A stretch of 50,988 nt of DNA. Origin: an uncultured Clostridia bacterium (lineage in GTDB: Bacteria > Bacillota > Clostridia > UMGS1810). This document shows positions 37,186-45,742 of the stretch, in pieces (within the stretch, counting starts at the first letter, position 1; each line of letters begins with the position of its first letter). The notes beneath the pieces were generated by a model. The model did no database searches, was not told the DNA's origin, and was given only the letters and a program-made list of their open reading frames with translations. The stretch lies in NCBI GenBank assembly GCA_937959315.1, contig CALGRC010000003.1:1-50988 (forward strand). The letters are read 5' to 3'. Both the position numbers and the translations under genes were made by a program.

Positions 37186-37290
37186 TTTGTAAAAATTTTA
37201 TGTACCGGGAAATACTGTTTCTTTATGTTCCTTATTATAGCATAAATATGCAGATTATGGAAATAAAATCGTTCGTAAAATTTTTACAAA
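37186..37290. repeat. 15-bp perfect inverted repeat pair in the rsmG-noc intergenic region
   Basis: TTTGTAAAAATTTTA (37186-37200) and its exact reverse complement TAAAATTTTTACAAA (37276-37290), separated by 75 nt. Confidence 0.7.
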
Positions 37291-37317
37291 TTCGAGGTTC
37301 TTTCGCGGTATTTCCCG

Positions 37318-38016
37318 CTATTTGAGCGGGTCTTTTGCAGGTTTTGGGGCTTTCCGGGGATATTTTGTCGATGTGTTTTTTACTTTTTTTATCACCAGCA
37401 GATTGTGTTTTAGGTCGGTAGAGGGGATTTCATAGCGGACAATGCGTTCCAGTTCGCCGCCCAGCAGCCGCACGGCGTTTTCGGCCGCCTGCATTTCTTC
37501 CGACGCCGCCGGCCCCTTCATGGCAATAAAATATCCGCCCACCTTGACAAACGGCAGGCACAGTTCAGAAAGTGTGGACAGGTTTGCAACCGCGCGCGAT
37601 ATGCACACGTCGAATTGCCCGCGGTATGCGGCGTCCTGCCCGGCGTCCTCCGCCCGCGCATGGACGGCGCGGATACCGGTTAGCCCCAGTTCCTCGGCTG
37701 CTGTGTTTAAAAACCGTACCCGCTTGGCAAGCGAGTCCAGCAAGGTTACCGACAAATCGCTTTGGCAGATTTTAAGCGGGATACCCGGCAATCCCGCGCC
37801 GCTGCCAACATCCATGACGCTGGCGCCTTCAAAAAAGACGTTGGATTCCAGCGCGGCAATGGAATCTAAAAAATGCTTGGTGATAACCTCGTGCTCATTG
37901 GTGATGGCAGTCAGGTTGATGCGGCTGTTCCAGTCCAGCAGCAAATCAAAATAGGCGGCAAGCTTGGCCGCCTGCGGGCGGGTAACGCCCGCCTCCAGCA
38001 GCAGGGATGTCTGCAT
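37318..38016 (-). CDS. rsmG: 16S rRNA (guanine527-N7)-methyltransferase
   Basis: ATG 38016 follows GGGAGGT. The SAM motif VMDVGSGAGLPGIPLKI and SRAVA are present. 232 aa. The 317-aa track ORF is an upstream extension that runs into ileS. Confidence 0.92.
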   Translation of the reverse strand: MQTSLLLEAGVTRPQAAKLAAYFDLLLDWNSRINLTAITNEHEVITKHFLDSIAALESNVFFEGASVMDVGSGAGLPGIPLKICQSDLSVTLLDSLAKRVRFLNTAAEELGLTGIRAVHARAEDAGQDAAYRGQFDVCISRAVANLSTLSELCLPFVKVGGYFIAMKGPAASEEMQAAENAVRLLGGELERIVRYEIPSTDLKHNLLVIKKVKNTSTKYPRKAPKPAKDPLK

Positions 38017-38032
38017 AGGGTTTACCTCCCGT

Positions 38033-38064
38033 AAAAAAACCGCCAGAGTGTTGGCTGGCGGTTT
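38033..38064 (-). terminator. rho-independent terminator after ileS
   Basis: The minus strand reads AAACCGCCAG / 8-nt loop / CTGGCGGTTT followed by TTTTTT. Confidence 0.8.
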
Positions 38065-38074
38065 CGATTTTGGT

Positions 38075-40849
38075 TTATTCAACAGCGTGCGCACAGCGGT
38101 CGCACAAATCGGGGTGGTCGGCATGGGTGCCAACCGATGGGCTGTACATCCAGCACCGCTGGCATTTTTCGCCTGGCGCTTGCTCGACGGTGATGAAAAG
38201 CCCGGCGGTGTCTTCCGCCTTCCACGCCGTATCCGGCGCAGGGCAGGGAAGCACTTCCACAGCCGAGACAATCAGCAAGGTGGCCAGGTCGTTTTGCTTC
38301 AAGAAATCGGCCAGCCCGCCGTCGGCATACAGCTTGACCAGTGCGTTTAAGCTGTGGCCAATGATTTTTTCATTGCGGGCATTCTCCAGCGCCTTGCTCA
38401 CGTCGCTGCGGATAGCAAGGATGCGGTTGTAGGTTTCCTCCAGCGCAGCGTCCTCCAGCGACGGGTCGGGCTGCGGGATGTCGTTGAACACCGCGCCGTC
38501 CAGGTTGTCGGTGGATTTGTGCGGCATGGCGGCCCAGATTTCCTCAGCGGTGAAGCACAGCACCGGGGTGAGCATACGCACCAGCATATCTAGAATGCGC
38601 CAGATGGCCGTCTGTGCGCTGCGGCGCGCGGCGGAACCGGGCTTGCTGGTGTACAGCCGGTCTTTGATGACGTCCAGATAGAAGTTGCTCATATCCACCA
38701 CGCAGAAACTGTGTATCGCGTGGAACATCACATGGAAATCGTAGGTTTCATAGCCGCTGCGTACCGTTTTGAGCACTTGGTTTGCGCGCATCAGCGCCCA
38801 GCGGTCCAACTCCTGCAGCTCGCTGTCAGGCACCAGGTCGGTATCCGGATGGAAGTCAAACAGATTGCCCAGGATGTAGCGGGCGGTATTGCGGATTTTG
38901 CGGTAGCTTTCAGACAACTGCTTAAGGATGGCCTGGCTCATGCGCATATCCGATTTAAAGTCCGCCGTCACCACCCACAGCCGCAAAATGTCAATGCCGT
39001 ACTGCTTGGCAATCTCCAGCGGGCTTACTGTATTGCCCTTGGATTTGGACATTTTTTTGCCGTCGTCGTCAATGGTAAAGCCGTGGGTCAGCACCGCCTT
39101 ATAGGGCGCTTTGCCGGTCAGCGCCACCGAGGTGAGCAAAGACGACTGGAACCAGCCGCGGTATTGGTCGTTTCCTTCCAAATAGAGGTCGGCCGGCCAG
39201 TGGTGGTCTTTGCGGCCCTGGCACACCACAAAATGGCTGGAGCCCGAATCAAACCATACGTCCATGATATCTTTTTCTTTGTTAAAATGCGTGTGGCCGC
39301 ACTTGGGGCATTTGGTGCCGGCCGGCAGGATGCCGTCCGCTTCCATCTCATACCAGGCGTCCGAGCCCTTTTCACGGAAGAGCGCCGCAACTGCCGCCGT
39401 GGTATCGGCATTGATCAGTGCTTCGCCGCACGCCTTGCAGTAGAATATTGGCAGCGGCACCCCCCACAGCCGCTGGCGGGAAATGCACCAGTCGCTGCGG
39501 TCCTCCACCATTTTTTTGATGCGGTCTTCACCCCACTTGGGCGTCCATTCGGCAGTGGAAATGGCTTTAATGGCGTCTTCTTTGAAGGCGTCCACCGACG
39601 CAAACCACTGTTCGGTCGCGCGGAACACAATGGGGTGGTTGCACCGCCAGCAGTGCGGGTAGGAGTGGGTGATGGGCTCGACGGCCGGCAGCAGGTTGTC
39701 AGCTTTGAGCCGTTCCAGGATGGCTGCGCTGGATTTTGCATAGAACATCCCGGCAAACGGGCCGGCTTCCTCATTCATCATACCATCGTCGTCCACCGGC
39801 ACAATGATGGGCAAATCATAGTTTTTGCAAACCAGGTAGTCGTCTGCGCCGTGCCCCGGTGCCGTATGGACGCAGCCGGTCCCCGCGTCCAGCGTGACGT
39901 GGTCGCCCAATATTACCAGCGAATCGCGGTCTAAAAACGGGTGGCGGCAGGTGACATATTCCAAATCCGCCCCGGAAAATTCCCTGACAATTTCATAGCT
40001 GTCAATGCCTGCGATTTTCGCATAGCTCTCTGCCAAATCACTTGCCACCACATAGTGTTCGCCGTTTGCCGCCATCACGCAGTAGGTAAAGGCGGGGTTT
40101 ACGCAGATAGCCACGTTGCCGGGCAGCGACCAGGTGGTGGTGGTCCAAATGACGAAAAAGACATTGTCCAGGCCGTCAAACTTGCCCTTGCCGTCGGCAA
40201 GCGGGAATTTGACGTAGATGGAGTTGGTTTCGTCGTCTGCATATTCAATTTCCGCTTCGGCCAGCGCGGTCTGGCAGTCGGTGCACCAGTAAACCGGTTT
40301 TTTGCCCTTGTAAATGACCCCTTTTTCGGCCATCGCGCCAAATACCTCTATCTGCTTGGCCTCAAATTCCTTTTGCAGCGTGATATACGGATGGTCGAAA
40401 TCGCCCAGTACGCCCAGACGCTTGAACTGCTCCTTCTGGGTTTCAATATACTGCATGGCAAACTCGTGGCACAGGCGGCGGAAGTCCGCTTCGCTCATTT
40501 CCTGCCGGTTGACTTTGCGTTTTTTGATGGCCTGTATCTCAATGGGCAGCCCGTGGGTGTCCCAGCCGGGGACATAAGGCGCCTTGAAGCCGGTCATATT
40601 TTTGTAGCGCACTACAATGTCTTTTAAAATTTTGTTGAGCGAATGGCCCAAGTGGATGTCGCCGTTGGCAAACGGCGGGCCGTCGTGCAGCACAAACAGC
40701 GGTTTCCCGTCATTGTGCGCCATCAGCTTGTCATACCTGCGCTCCGCTTCCCAGGCCGCGACCAGTTCGGGCTCCTTCTGCGGCAGGCCCGCGCGCATGG
40801 AAAAGTCGGTTTTGGGCAGGTTTAGGGTGTTTGCGTAATCCTGTTCCAC
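38075..40849 (-). CDS. ileS: isoleucine--tRNA ligase
   Basis: HIGH-type PFANGDIHLGH, KMSKS, the CP1 editing domain and a C-terminal zinc finger (CQRCW...CDRC) are present. GTG 40849 (MEQDYANTLNLPKTDF...) matches the usual N-terminus; TTG 40873 in the track is an alternative. Confidence 0.95.
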   Translation of the reverse strand: MEQDYANTLNLPKTDFSMRAGLPQKEPELVAAWEAERRYDKLMAHNDGKPLFVLHDGPPFANGDIHLGHSLNKILKDIVVRYKNMTGFKAPYVPGWDTHGLPIEIQAIKKRKVNRQEMSEADFRRLCHEFAMQYIETQKEQFKRLGVLGDFDHPYITLQKEFEAKQIEVFGAMAEKGVIYKGKKPVYWCTDCQTALAEAEIEYADDETNSIYVKFPLADGKGKFDGLDNVFFVIWTTTTWSLPGNVAICVNPAFTYCVMAANGEHYVVASDLAESYAKIAGIDSYEIVREFSGADLEYVTCRHPFLDRDSLVILGDHVTLDAGTGCVHTAPGHGADDYLVCKNYDLPIIVPVDDDGMMNEEAGPFAGMFYAKSSAAILERLKADNLLPAVEPITHSYPHCWRCNHPIVFRATEQWFASVDAFKEDAIKAISTAEWTPKWGEDRIKKMVEDRSDWCISRQRLWGVPLPIFYCKACGEALINADTTAAVAALFREKGSDAWYEMEADGILPAGTKCPKCGHTHFNKEKDIMDVWFDSGSSHFVVCQGRKDHHWPADLYLEGNDQYRGWFQSSLLTSVALTGKAPYKAVLTHGFTIDDDGKKMSKSKGNTVSPLEIAKQYGIDILRLWVVTADFKSDMRMSQAILKQLSESYRKIRNTARYILGNLFDFHPDTDLVPDSELQELDRWALMRANQVLKTVRSGYETYDFHVMFHAIHSFCVVDMSNFYLDVIKDRLYTSKPGSAARRSAQTAIWRILDMLVRMLTPVLCFTAEEIWAAMPHKSTDNLDGAVFNDIPQPDPSLEDAALEETYNRILAIRSDVSKALENARNEKIIGHSLNALVKLYADGGLADFLKQNDLATLLIVSAVEVLPCPAPDTAWKAEDTAGLFITVEQAPGEKCQRCWMYSPSVGTHADHPDLCDRCAHAVE

Positions 40850-40878
40850 GTCTTGTTCACAGCTCCTTCTCAAAAGTC

Positions 40879-41334
40879 CTAGAATTCAGCGTTGTCGGTC
40901 ATGGATTTCACGGCGTCAATCTGCGAGGAAAGCATGCCGATCATCCGGCTTTTAAACAGCTCCATCGACTGTTTTAGGTTTTCCGCCTGCTCGGTTAATG
41001 TGGAAACGCTTTTGTTGGCGTTTTCAATGATGGCCTGCGCGCGTTTTTCAGCGTCCTCCACAATCAGGCGGGCGCGCTCCTCGGCGTTGCGCTTGACGTC
41101 CTCGCCGGTACTCTGCGCGACAATCAGCGTGTTCTGCATGGTGTCCTCAATGGATTTATAATGCTCCAGCGCGCCGTTTAATGCGTTGATTTTGTCGTTT
41201 AAATCAATGGAAGATTTGTAAAGCGATTCATAATCGTTGAGCACCAGTTCTAAAAAGTCCTCCACCTCGTCTTTTTGATAGCCGAGTGCGGAGGTCCTGA
41301 ATTTTTTATTCTGGATATCCAATGGCGTCAGCAT
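40879..41334 (-). CDS. divIVA: cell-division/septum-site protein DivIVA
   Basis: MLTPLDIQNKKFRTSALGYQKDEVEDFLELV is the DivIVA N-terminal domain, followed by coiled coil. 151 aa. Confidence 0.93.
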   Translation of the reverse strand: MLTPLDIQNKKFRTSALGYQKDEVEDFLELVLNDYESLYKSSIDLNDKINALNGALEHYKSIEDTMQNTLIVAQSTGEDVKRNAEERARLIVEDAEKRAQAIIENANKSVSTLTEQAENLKQSMELFKSRMIGMLSSQIDAVKSMTDNAEF

Positions 41335-41375
41335 CCCATATCCCTCATTTCTACCATAAGCTATCGTGTTGGTTT

Positions 41376-42146
41376 TTATACGTATTTTTTAACCAAAAGG
41401 TGCACACGCCCTTTTTTGGATACGCCGCCGGTTGGGACAACCTGCATTTTTCCATATCCGCGCACCGAAAGGACGGCGTTTTCCGGCACCTGCTTGGCAC
41501 AGGAGGTCTGGACTTCGTAATTGACGGCGACCAGCCCCTTTTCAATCAGCCCGGCGCTTAGGCTCCGTGATTTCCCCAGCACGGCGCCCACCACGCAGTC
41601 TAAGCGCATGGAAGATACCGTACAGGTGGATTCTTCAAATTTGCGCTCGATGGCTAGGCTTCCCACATCATCCACCTGCGCGCAGTGCAGCGGGCAGCGC
41701 CCGGCAGCCTTGAGCTCCTGCAGCAGCAGTTTGCAGGCGGGCGGGGTACAAAAATAAATGGCACAATCCCCGTCTACGGCAATATCCCCAATGGCTTCGC
41801 GCGTGAGCCCCAGCCCCAGCGCCGCGCCCAAGAAGTCGCGGTGGGACAGCAGTGCGCCGCCGCCCGTCCGCGCCTGGACGGCACAGATGGGGAAAGGCTG
41901 TTCCCAGGCGTCCGGCGGGGCAAACCGCAGCATTTTCCGTTCTGCGTCCTCATACCCGCCAAACGGGGTTATGGTAAAATCCCCATGGATACGCGCGAGG
42001 GCTATCTGCTGCACCCGCGGGCTTAAAAATGCCGAAAACATAGGCGCGCCTGATAGTAGACACCGCTGCGCCAGGTCATATAAGCGCGACAATACAAGCC
42101 TATCCTCACTGTCTAGGCCGGCGGTGATGTGCTGTTTGTCCATCAA
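41376..42146 (-). CDS. ylmH: YlmH-like S4-domain RNA-binding protein
   Basis: 256 aa with ...FLSPRVQQIA..., a C-terminal S4-like segment, and a position between sepF and divIVA. Confidence 0.8.
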   Translation of the reverse strand: MMDKQHITAGLDSEDRLVLSRLYDLAQRCLLSGAPMFSAFLSPRVQQIALARIHGDFTITPFGGYEDAERKMLRFAPPDAWEQPFPICAVQARTGGGALLSHRDFLGAALGLGLTREAIGDIAVDGDCAIYFCTPPACKLLLQELKAAGRCPLHCAQVDDVGSLAIERKFEESTCTVSSMRLDCVVGAVLGKSRSLSAGLIEKGLVAVNYEVQTSCAKQVPENAVLSVRGYGKMQVVPTGGVSKKGRVHLLVKKYV

Positions 42147-42592
42147 TCCAGGTCAAATGCGCCTTTGGTCTTGAGTTCGTCCGAAAAGTCGCCCATGATG
42201 CCAACGTTATAGGGGGCCAGCAGCAAAATGCCGTTGGATACCTTCTGCATAGAGCCGTCCAGCGCATAGACCGCGCCGCTTAAGAAATCCACCACTTTGC
42301 GCGCCACATCCTTGTCCACTTTTTCCAAATTTACCACCACCGGCTTTTTGGCTTTCAGGTGGTCGGCAATGTCCTGCGAATCGCTGTAGGTGAGCGGCTG
42401 GATGACTACCACCTTGAGCTGCGTAGTGGTGTGGATGTTGACCACCTTGCCCTTTTTGGAGCCAAAGTCAATGGGGGCATCCTCCCGTTCTTTGCGCGGC
42501 GAAATGACCGGTTCTTCAAAATCGCGGTCTTCCTCTTCGTCGCCTACCCCCATCAGGCCCATCATTTTGTTCATGAAATTGCCCATGCCCAA
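42143..42592 (-). CDS. sepF: cell division protein SepF
   Basis: The sequence VVVIQPLTYSDSQDIADHLKAKKPVVVNLEKVDKDVARKVVDFLSGAVYALDGSMQKV is the SepF core. Confidence 0.92.
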   Translation of the reverse strand: MGMGNFMNKMMGLMGVGDEEEDRDFEEPVISPRKEREDAPIDFGSKKGKVVNIHTTTQLKVVVIQPLTYSDSQDIADHLKAKKPVVVNLEKVDKDVARKVVDFLSGAVYALDGSMQKVSNGILLLAPYNVGIMGDFSDELKTKGAFDLD

Positions 42593-42599
42593 ATCCTCC

Positions 42600-43280
42600 T
42601 CATTGGTTTTTAAATAATGCCCTGCCGACGCGTATCAGATTCGCGCCTTCCTCAATTGCGTATGGAAAGTCGTTGCTCATGCCCATGGATAAATACTCCA
42701 TAGTAACATTATCGTATGAATGGTGTGATATGTCAACAGAAAATTTGTACAAACTTGAAAAAATATGTCGGATTTCGCGTTCAGAGGCCATCAGCGGCGC
42801 CATGGTCATCAGCCCCCGCACCCGGATGCCGGGAATTTGGGAAAGCAGCTCCAGGGAAGCGCGCATATCCTGCATGGCCATGCCAAACTTGCTCTGTTCG
42901 CCGGATATGTTGAGCTCCATTAAAATATCGGTTGTTTTTCCCAGCCTTTCGCTTTGCCGGCCGATTTCCCGGGCTAGGGAGAGGGAATCCACCGAGTGGA
43001 TGAGCGACACCTTATCCAAAATATATTTGACTTTATTGGATTGCAGATGTCCAATCAAATGCCAGTCGGCGCCGGGCAGCGCGTCATATTTGCGCAAAAG
43101 CTCCTGTACGCGGTTTTCAGCCAGATGGGTCAGCCCGCAATCCATACCCTGGCGGATAATTTCCGGTTCCACCGTCTTAGTGACGGCAATCAGCGTCACG
43201 TCATCCCGCTTGCGTCCGGCCCGCGCACAAGCGGATTGTATCTGTTCTTCTACGCGCGCCACATTATCTGCAATTGCCAT
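42600..43280 (-). CDS. ylmE: YggS/YlmE family pyridoxal-phosphate homeostasis protein
   Basis: 226 aa with VTLIAVTKTV (PLP Lys), ...HLIGHLQSNKVK... and GMSNDF..AIEEGANLIRVG. Confidence 0.92.
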   Translation of the reverse strand: MAIADNVARVEEQIQSACARAGRKRDDVTLIAVTKTVEPEIIRQGMDCGLTHLAENRVQELLRKYDALPGADWHLIGHLQSNKVKYILDKVSLIHSVDSLSLAREIGRQSERLGKTTDILMELNISGEQSKFGMAMQDMRASLELLSQIPGIRVRGLMTMAPLMASEREIRHIFSSLYKFSVDISHHSYDNVTMEYLSMGMSNDFPYAIEEGANLIRVGRALFKNQ

Positions 43281-43302
43281 GGCGCATTCCCCCTTCCTGC
43301 AC

Positions 43303-44544
43303 TCAGCGTACCAGCGCGCCTTCGTTGATTTCTTTGGCGTCCACTACAACTTCGTCATACAGCAAAAGCGTATTGCTGCCTAAGTTGTTTTCTTTTACAA
43401 TGGCATATTGCCCGTTATTGTATAAAAGTTCCGTTTCTTTAAATTTCATCAAGCCGTCGGTGACGGTGTATACCCCTTGTTTCCCGTCTTTGACGCGGAT
43501 GGCATCCATGGGCACCTTTAAACCCTCATATTTGTCACGGATGAGGGTGATGCTGCACTTGCGGTTGGACAGCGCAGGCTCGTTATAGTCGGTAGCGGTT
43601 GCAATCAGCACACATTTGCCGTCTGAGGCGGGCGAAATATATTGGATGGTGGCCGGAGAATCCTGTGTCTGTCCGTCTAAACGCAGATAGACAGTATATG
43701 TGAGCCCGTTTTGGGATGCGCTGTTCCATTCAGAGCGGATGCTCTCCGCCGTTTCGGCGTCCATCAGCAATGCGGCGTTCCATTCAATGTTGCTGACGAC
43801 TTTACATACCGCGCCGTTTGACCGCGCTTGTTCGGCGGAAATATCCATACCCTGGATATTTTCAAAATCTGCAACCGTCATAGAGCCAATGGCCGCAGGG
43901 GTGAGCACCTGTTCATAGCCGTCGATGGCGGTGGAATAGAGCCCCGGCTTGGGGGCGTACAATTCCTGCCGGGTGGAAGACAGCATGCTTTCGTATTGCT
44001 GTTTTTGCTGGCGCAGCTCTTCTAAAATGGCTGATGCAGTGCCGCTTTCCCCCGAGACCGCCCGTTTTTTATCCAACAGTTTGTCAAGGTCGGTCCTCAG
44101 TTCGCTGGCACGTTCCGCGTCCTGGCGGTTGGCCGCCACCACCAGGTCGCTGGCGCGCACCGCGATGTTTTCTTCCAGCTTGTGCTGGTCCCCTTCAAAG
44201 GCGGTGTCGCTTTCCACCGTATTGGTAATTTCCGTGATCCGGTCGTTGACTTGCTTTAATTTTTGCTGGGTTTCGCTGTCCACGTCCCCCTGATAGACTG
44301 CGGCGACCTGCTTCCCGTTTTTGACCAATTCATATTCGCGCACATAGCTTTCCAGTATGCCGCTTCCGTTTGCGGTGATGACCGATTCATCACGGATGAG
44401 GAGCGCTTGGTGGACACTGGCGTCCTCCAGGGTGCCGTAGCGGATCATCTGGGTTTTGATGGGCGGGTTCAAAAAGATATACAGGTTCCAGATTTGGAAC
44501 ACTACTAGCGCCGCTACAAACAGGCGGATGAGAAATTTCTTCAT
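43303..44544 (-). CDS. HlyD-family-like membrane-anchored protein (periplasmic adaptor fold)
   Basis: N-terminal TM segment (LIRLFVAALVVFQIW), a central coiled-coil, and beta-rich ends. ATG 44544 (AGGTGG SD) is preferred; ATG 44568 is the alternative. Confidence 0.65.
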   Translation of the reverse strand: MKKFLIRLFVAALVVFQIWNLYIFLNPPIKTQMIRYGTLEDASVHQALLIRDESVITANGSGILESYVREYELVKNGKQVAAVYQGDVDSETQQKLKQVNDRITEITNTVESDTAFEGDQHKLEENIAVRASDLVVAANRQDAERASELRTDLDKLLDKKRAVSGESGTASAILEELRQQKQQYESMLSSTRQELYAPKPGLYSTAIDGYEQVLTPAAIGSMTVADFENIQGMDISAEQARSNGAVCKVVSNIEWNAALLMDAETAESIRSEWNSASQNGLTYTVYLRLDGQTQDSPATIQYISPASDGKCVLIATATDYNEPALSNRKCSITLIRDKYEGLKVPMDAIRVKDGKQGVYTVTDGLMKFKETELLYNNGQYAIVKENNLGSNTLLLYDEVVVDAKEINEGALVR

Positions 44545-44560
44545 GGGCTTGCCACCTGCT

Positions 44561-44788
44561 TTAGTCATTGAGTTCTTTCAAGTAATTGACATTGTGTTTG
44601 GGGACAATGGTGGAAATGGCGTGCTTGAACACAAGCTGCTGTTTGCCCTCCGACTCCAAAAGCAGCGTAAAGCTGTCAAAGCTTTTGAGCTGCCCTTTGA
44701 ATTGGAAGCCGTTGGTCAGATAGACGGTGACATCCATCTTTTCCCGGCGCAGCACATTTAAAAATACATCCTGAAAGCTCTTTGTCAT
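44561..44788 (-). CDS. hfq: RNA chaperone Hfq
   Basis: ATG 44788 overlaps the miaA stop. The sequence is [58 protein letters not shown]. The longer track ORF is an extension. Confidence 0.95.
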   Translation of the reverse strand: MTKSFQDVFLNVLRREKMDVTVYLTNGFQFKGQLKSFDSFTLLLESEGKQQLVFKHAISTIVPKHNVNYLKELND

Positions 44789-45714
44789 GTTCCAATACCT
44801 CCTTGGTCTGTAGAAAATACTTGTATTACCTGTTCTATGGAACCACCGGCCGGCACCGGGTGGATATCCTTCCGGCGCCGCCACCAGGTGAGCTGCCGTT
44901 TGGCATAGCGGCGGGTGTTGCGCTTGAGTAAGCGGACGCTTTCCCCCCAGGTGGAACGGCCGCGGATATAGTAGACCAGTTCTTTATAGCCCAGCCCCTG
45001 CATGGCGTTGGCACGGGCGCTGACCCCGGATGCCAGAAGCCCCTCTACCTCGCCGAGCAGCCCATGCCCCAGCATTTGGTCCACCCGCTGCTCAATGCGC
45101 GCGTACAGTTCCTGCCGCGGCCGCTCCAGCAGCAGTATGGTGGCACGGTAGGGGGAAGGGGCGTTTTGCTGGCCTGCCCGGTATGCAGAAAATTTTTCCC
45201 CCGTACAGTGGAAAAACTCCAGCGCCCGTTTGACGCGCGGCAGGTTGTTTGGATGGATGGCTGCGGCGCTTTCGGGGTCTGCGGCCTTCAGCATGGCATG
45301 CAGGCCGTCTGCGCCAAATTCCTTTTCATAAACATCTAATGTGCGGCGGTACTCCTCGTCCCGGGTGCCCGCTGGAAAGACCGCGCCGCTGAGCAGGCTG
45401 GATATGTACAGCCCCGTTCCGCCCGACACAATGGGGAGCTTCCCGCGTCCGGCAATCCCAGCAATGGCCGCGGAAGCGTCTGACACAAACCGTGCCACAT
45501 CGTATGGTTCGTTTGGGTCGGCAATGTCAATCAGATGGTGGGGGATGCCCTGCCGTTCAGCGGCCGTCGGCTTTGCAGTGCCAATGTCCATGCCGCGGTA
45601 GACCTGCATGGAATCGGCGGACACCACCTCGCCGTTTAACCGTTTGGCGAGCTGTATGGTTAACGCTGTTTTGCCCACGGCCGTGGGCCCGGTGATTACC
45701 AGCAATGGCTGCAT
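44785..45714 (-). CDS. miaA: tRNA dimethylallyltransferase
   Basis: P-loop [28 protein letters not shown] and HHLID are present. The start could be 45714, 45720 or 45732; 45714 has the best SD spacing. Confidence 0.93.
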   Translation of the reverse strand: MQPLLVITGPTAVGKTALTIQLAKRLNGEVVSADSMQVYRGMDIGTAKPTAAERQGIPHHLIDIADPNEPYDVARFVSDASAAIAGIAGRGKLPIVSGGTGLYISSLLSGAVFPAGTRDEEYRRTLDVYEKEFGADGLHAMLKAADPESAAAIHPNNLPRVKRALEFFHCTGEKFSAYRAGQQNAPSPYRATILLLERPRQELYARIEQRVDQMLGHGLLGEVEGLLASGVSARANAMQGLGYKELVYYIRGRSTWGESVRLLKRNTRRYAKRQLTWWRRRKDIHPVPAGGSIEQVIQVFSTDQGGIGT

Positions 45715-45742
45715 GGGCATCCCCCCTTTCATAAGTGGGCGG

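Noticed and set aside
37205-37317. Noc-binding-site-like half sites (CCGGGAAAT at 37205-37213, ATTTCCCG at 37310-37317; also GCGGGAAAT near 34571)
   Set aside because: Only half of the 14-bp palindrome ATTTCCCGGGAAAT is matched in each case. 8-9-mers of this type are expected by chance in 51 kb.
37318-38271. 317-aa version of rsmG extending upstream into the ileS 3' end; likewise the N-terminal extensions of track ORFs at 2472, 2578, 3318, 3940, 10027, 30719 and 44884
   Set aside because: In each case an internal start with a proper Shine-Dalgarno sequence reproduces the normal family N-terminus. The extension overlaps the neighbouring gene or a terminator.
38711-39934. 407-aa + strand ORF inside ileS; similar long antisense ORFs at 13660-14562 (mnmE), 22903-23748 (gyrB), 23860-24870 (gyrA), 45884-46672 and 46899-47630 (mutL), and 49467-50072 (mutS)
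   Set aside because: All lie opposite unmistakable housekeeping genes, have skewed R/H/G/A-rich composition, and lack start-site signals. They were treated as shadow ORFs.
40842-40857. parS half-site TGTTCCACG at the ileS start
   Set aside because: The second half (TCTTGTT) does not complete the palindrome. It overlaps the coding and RBS region and is probably coincidental.
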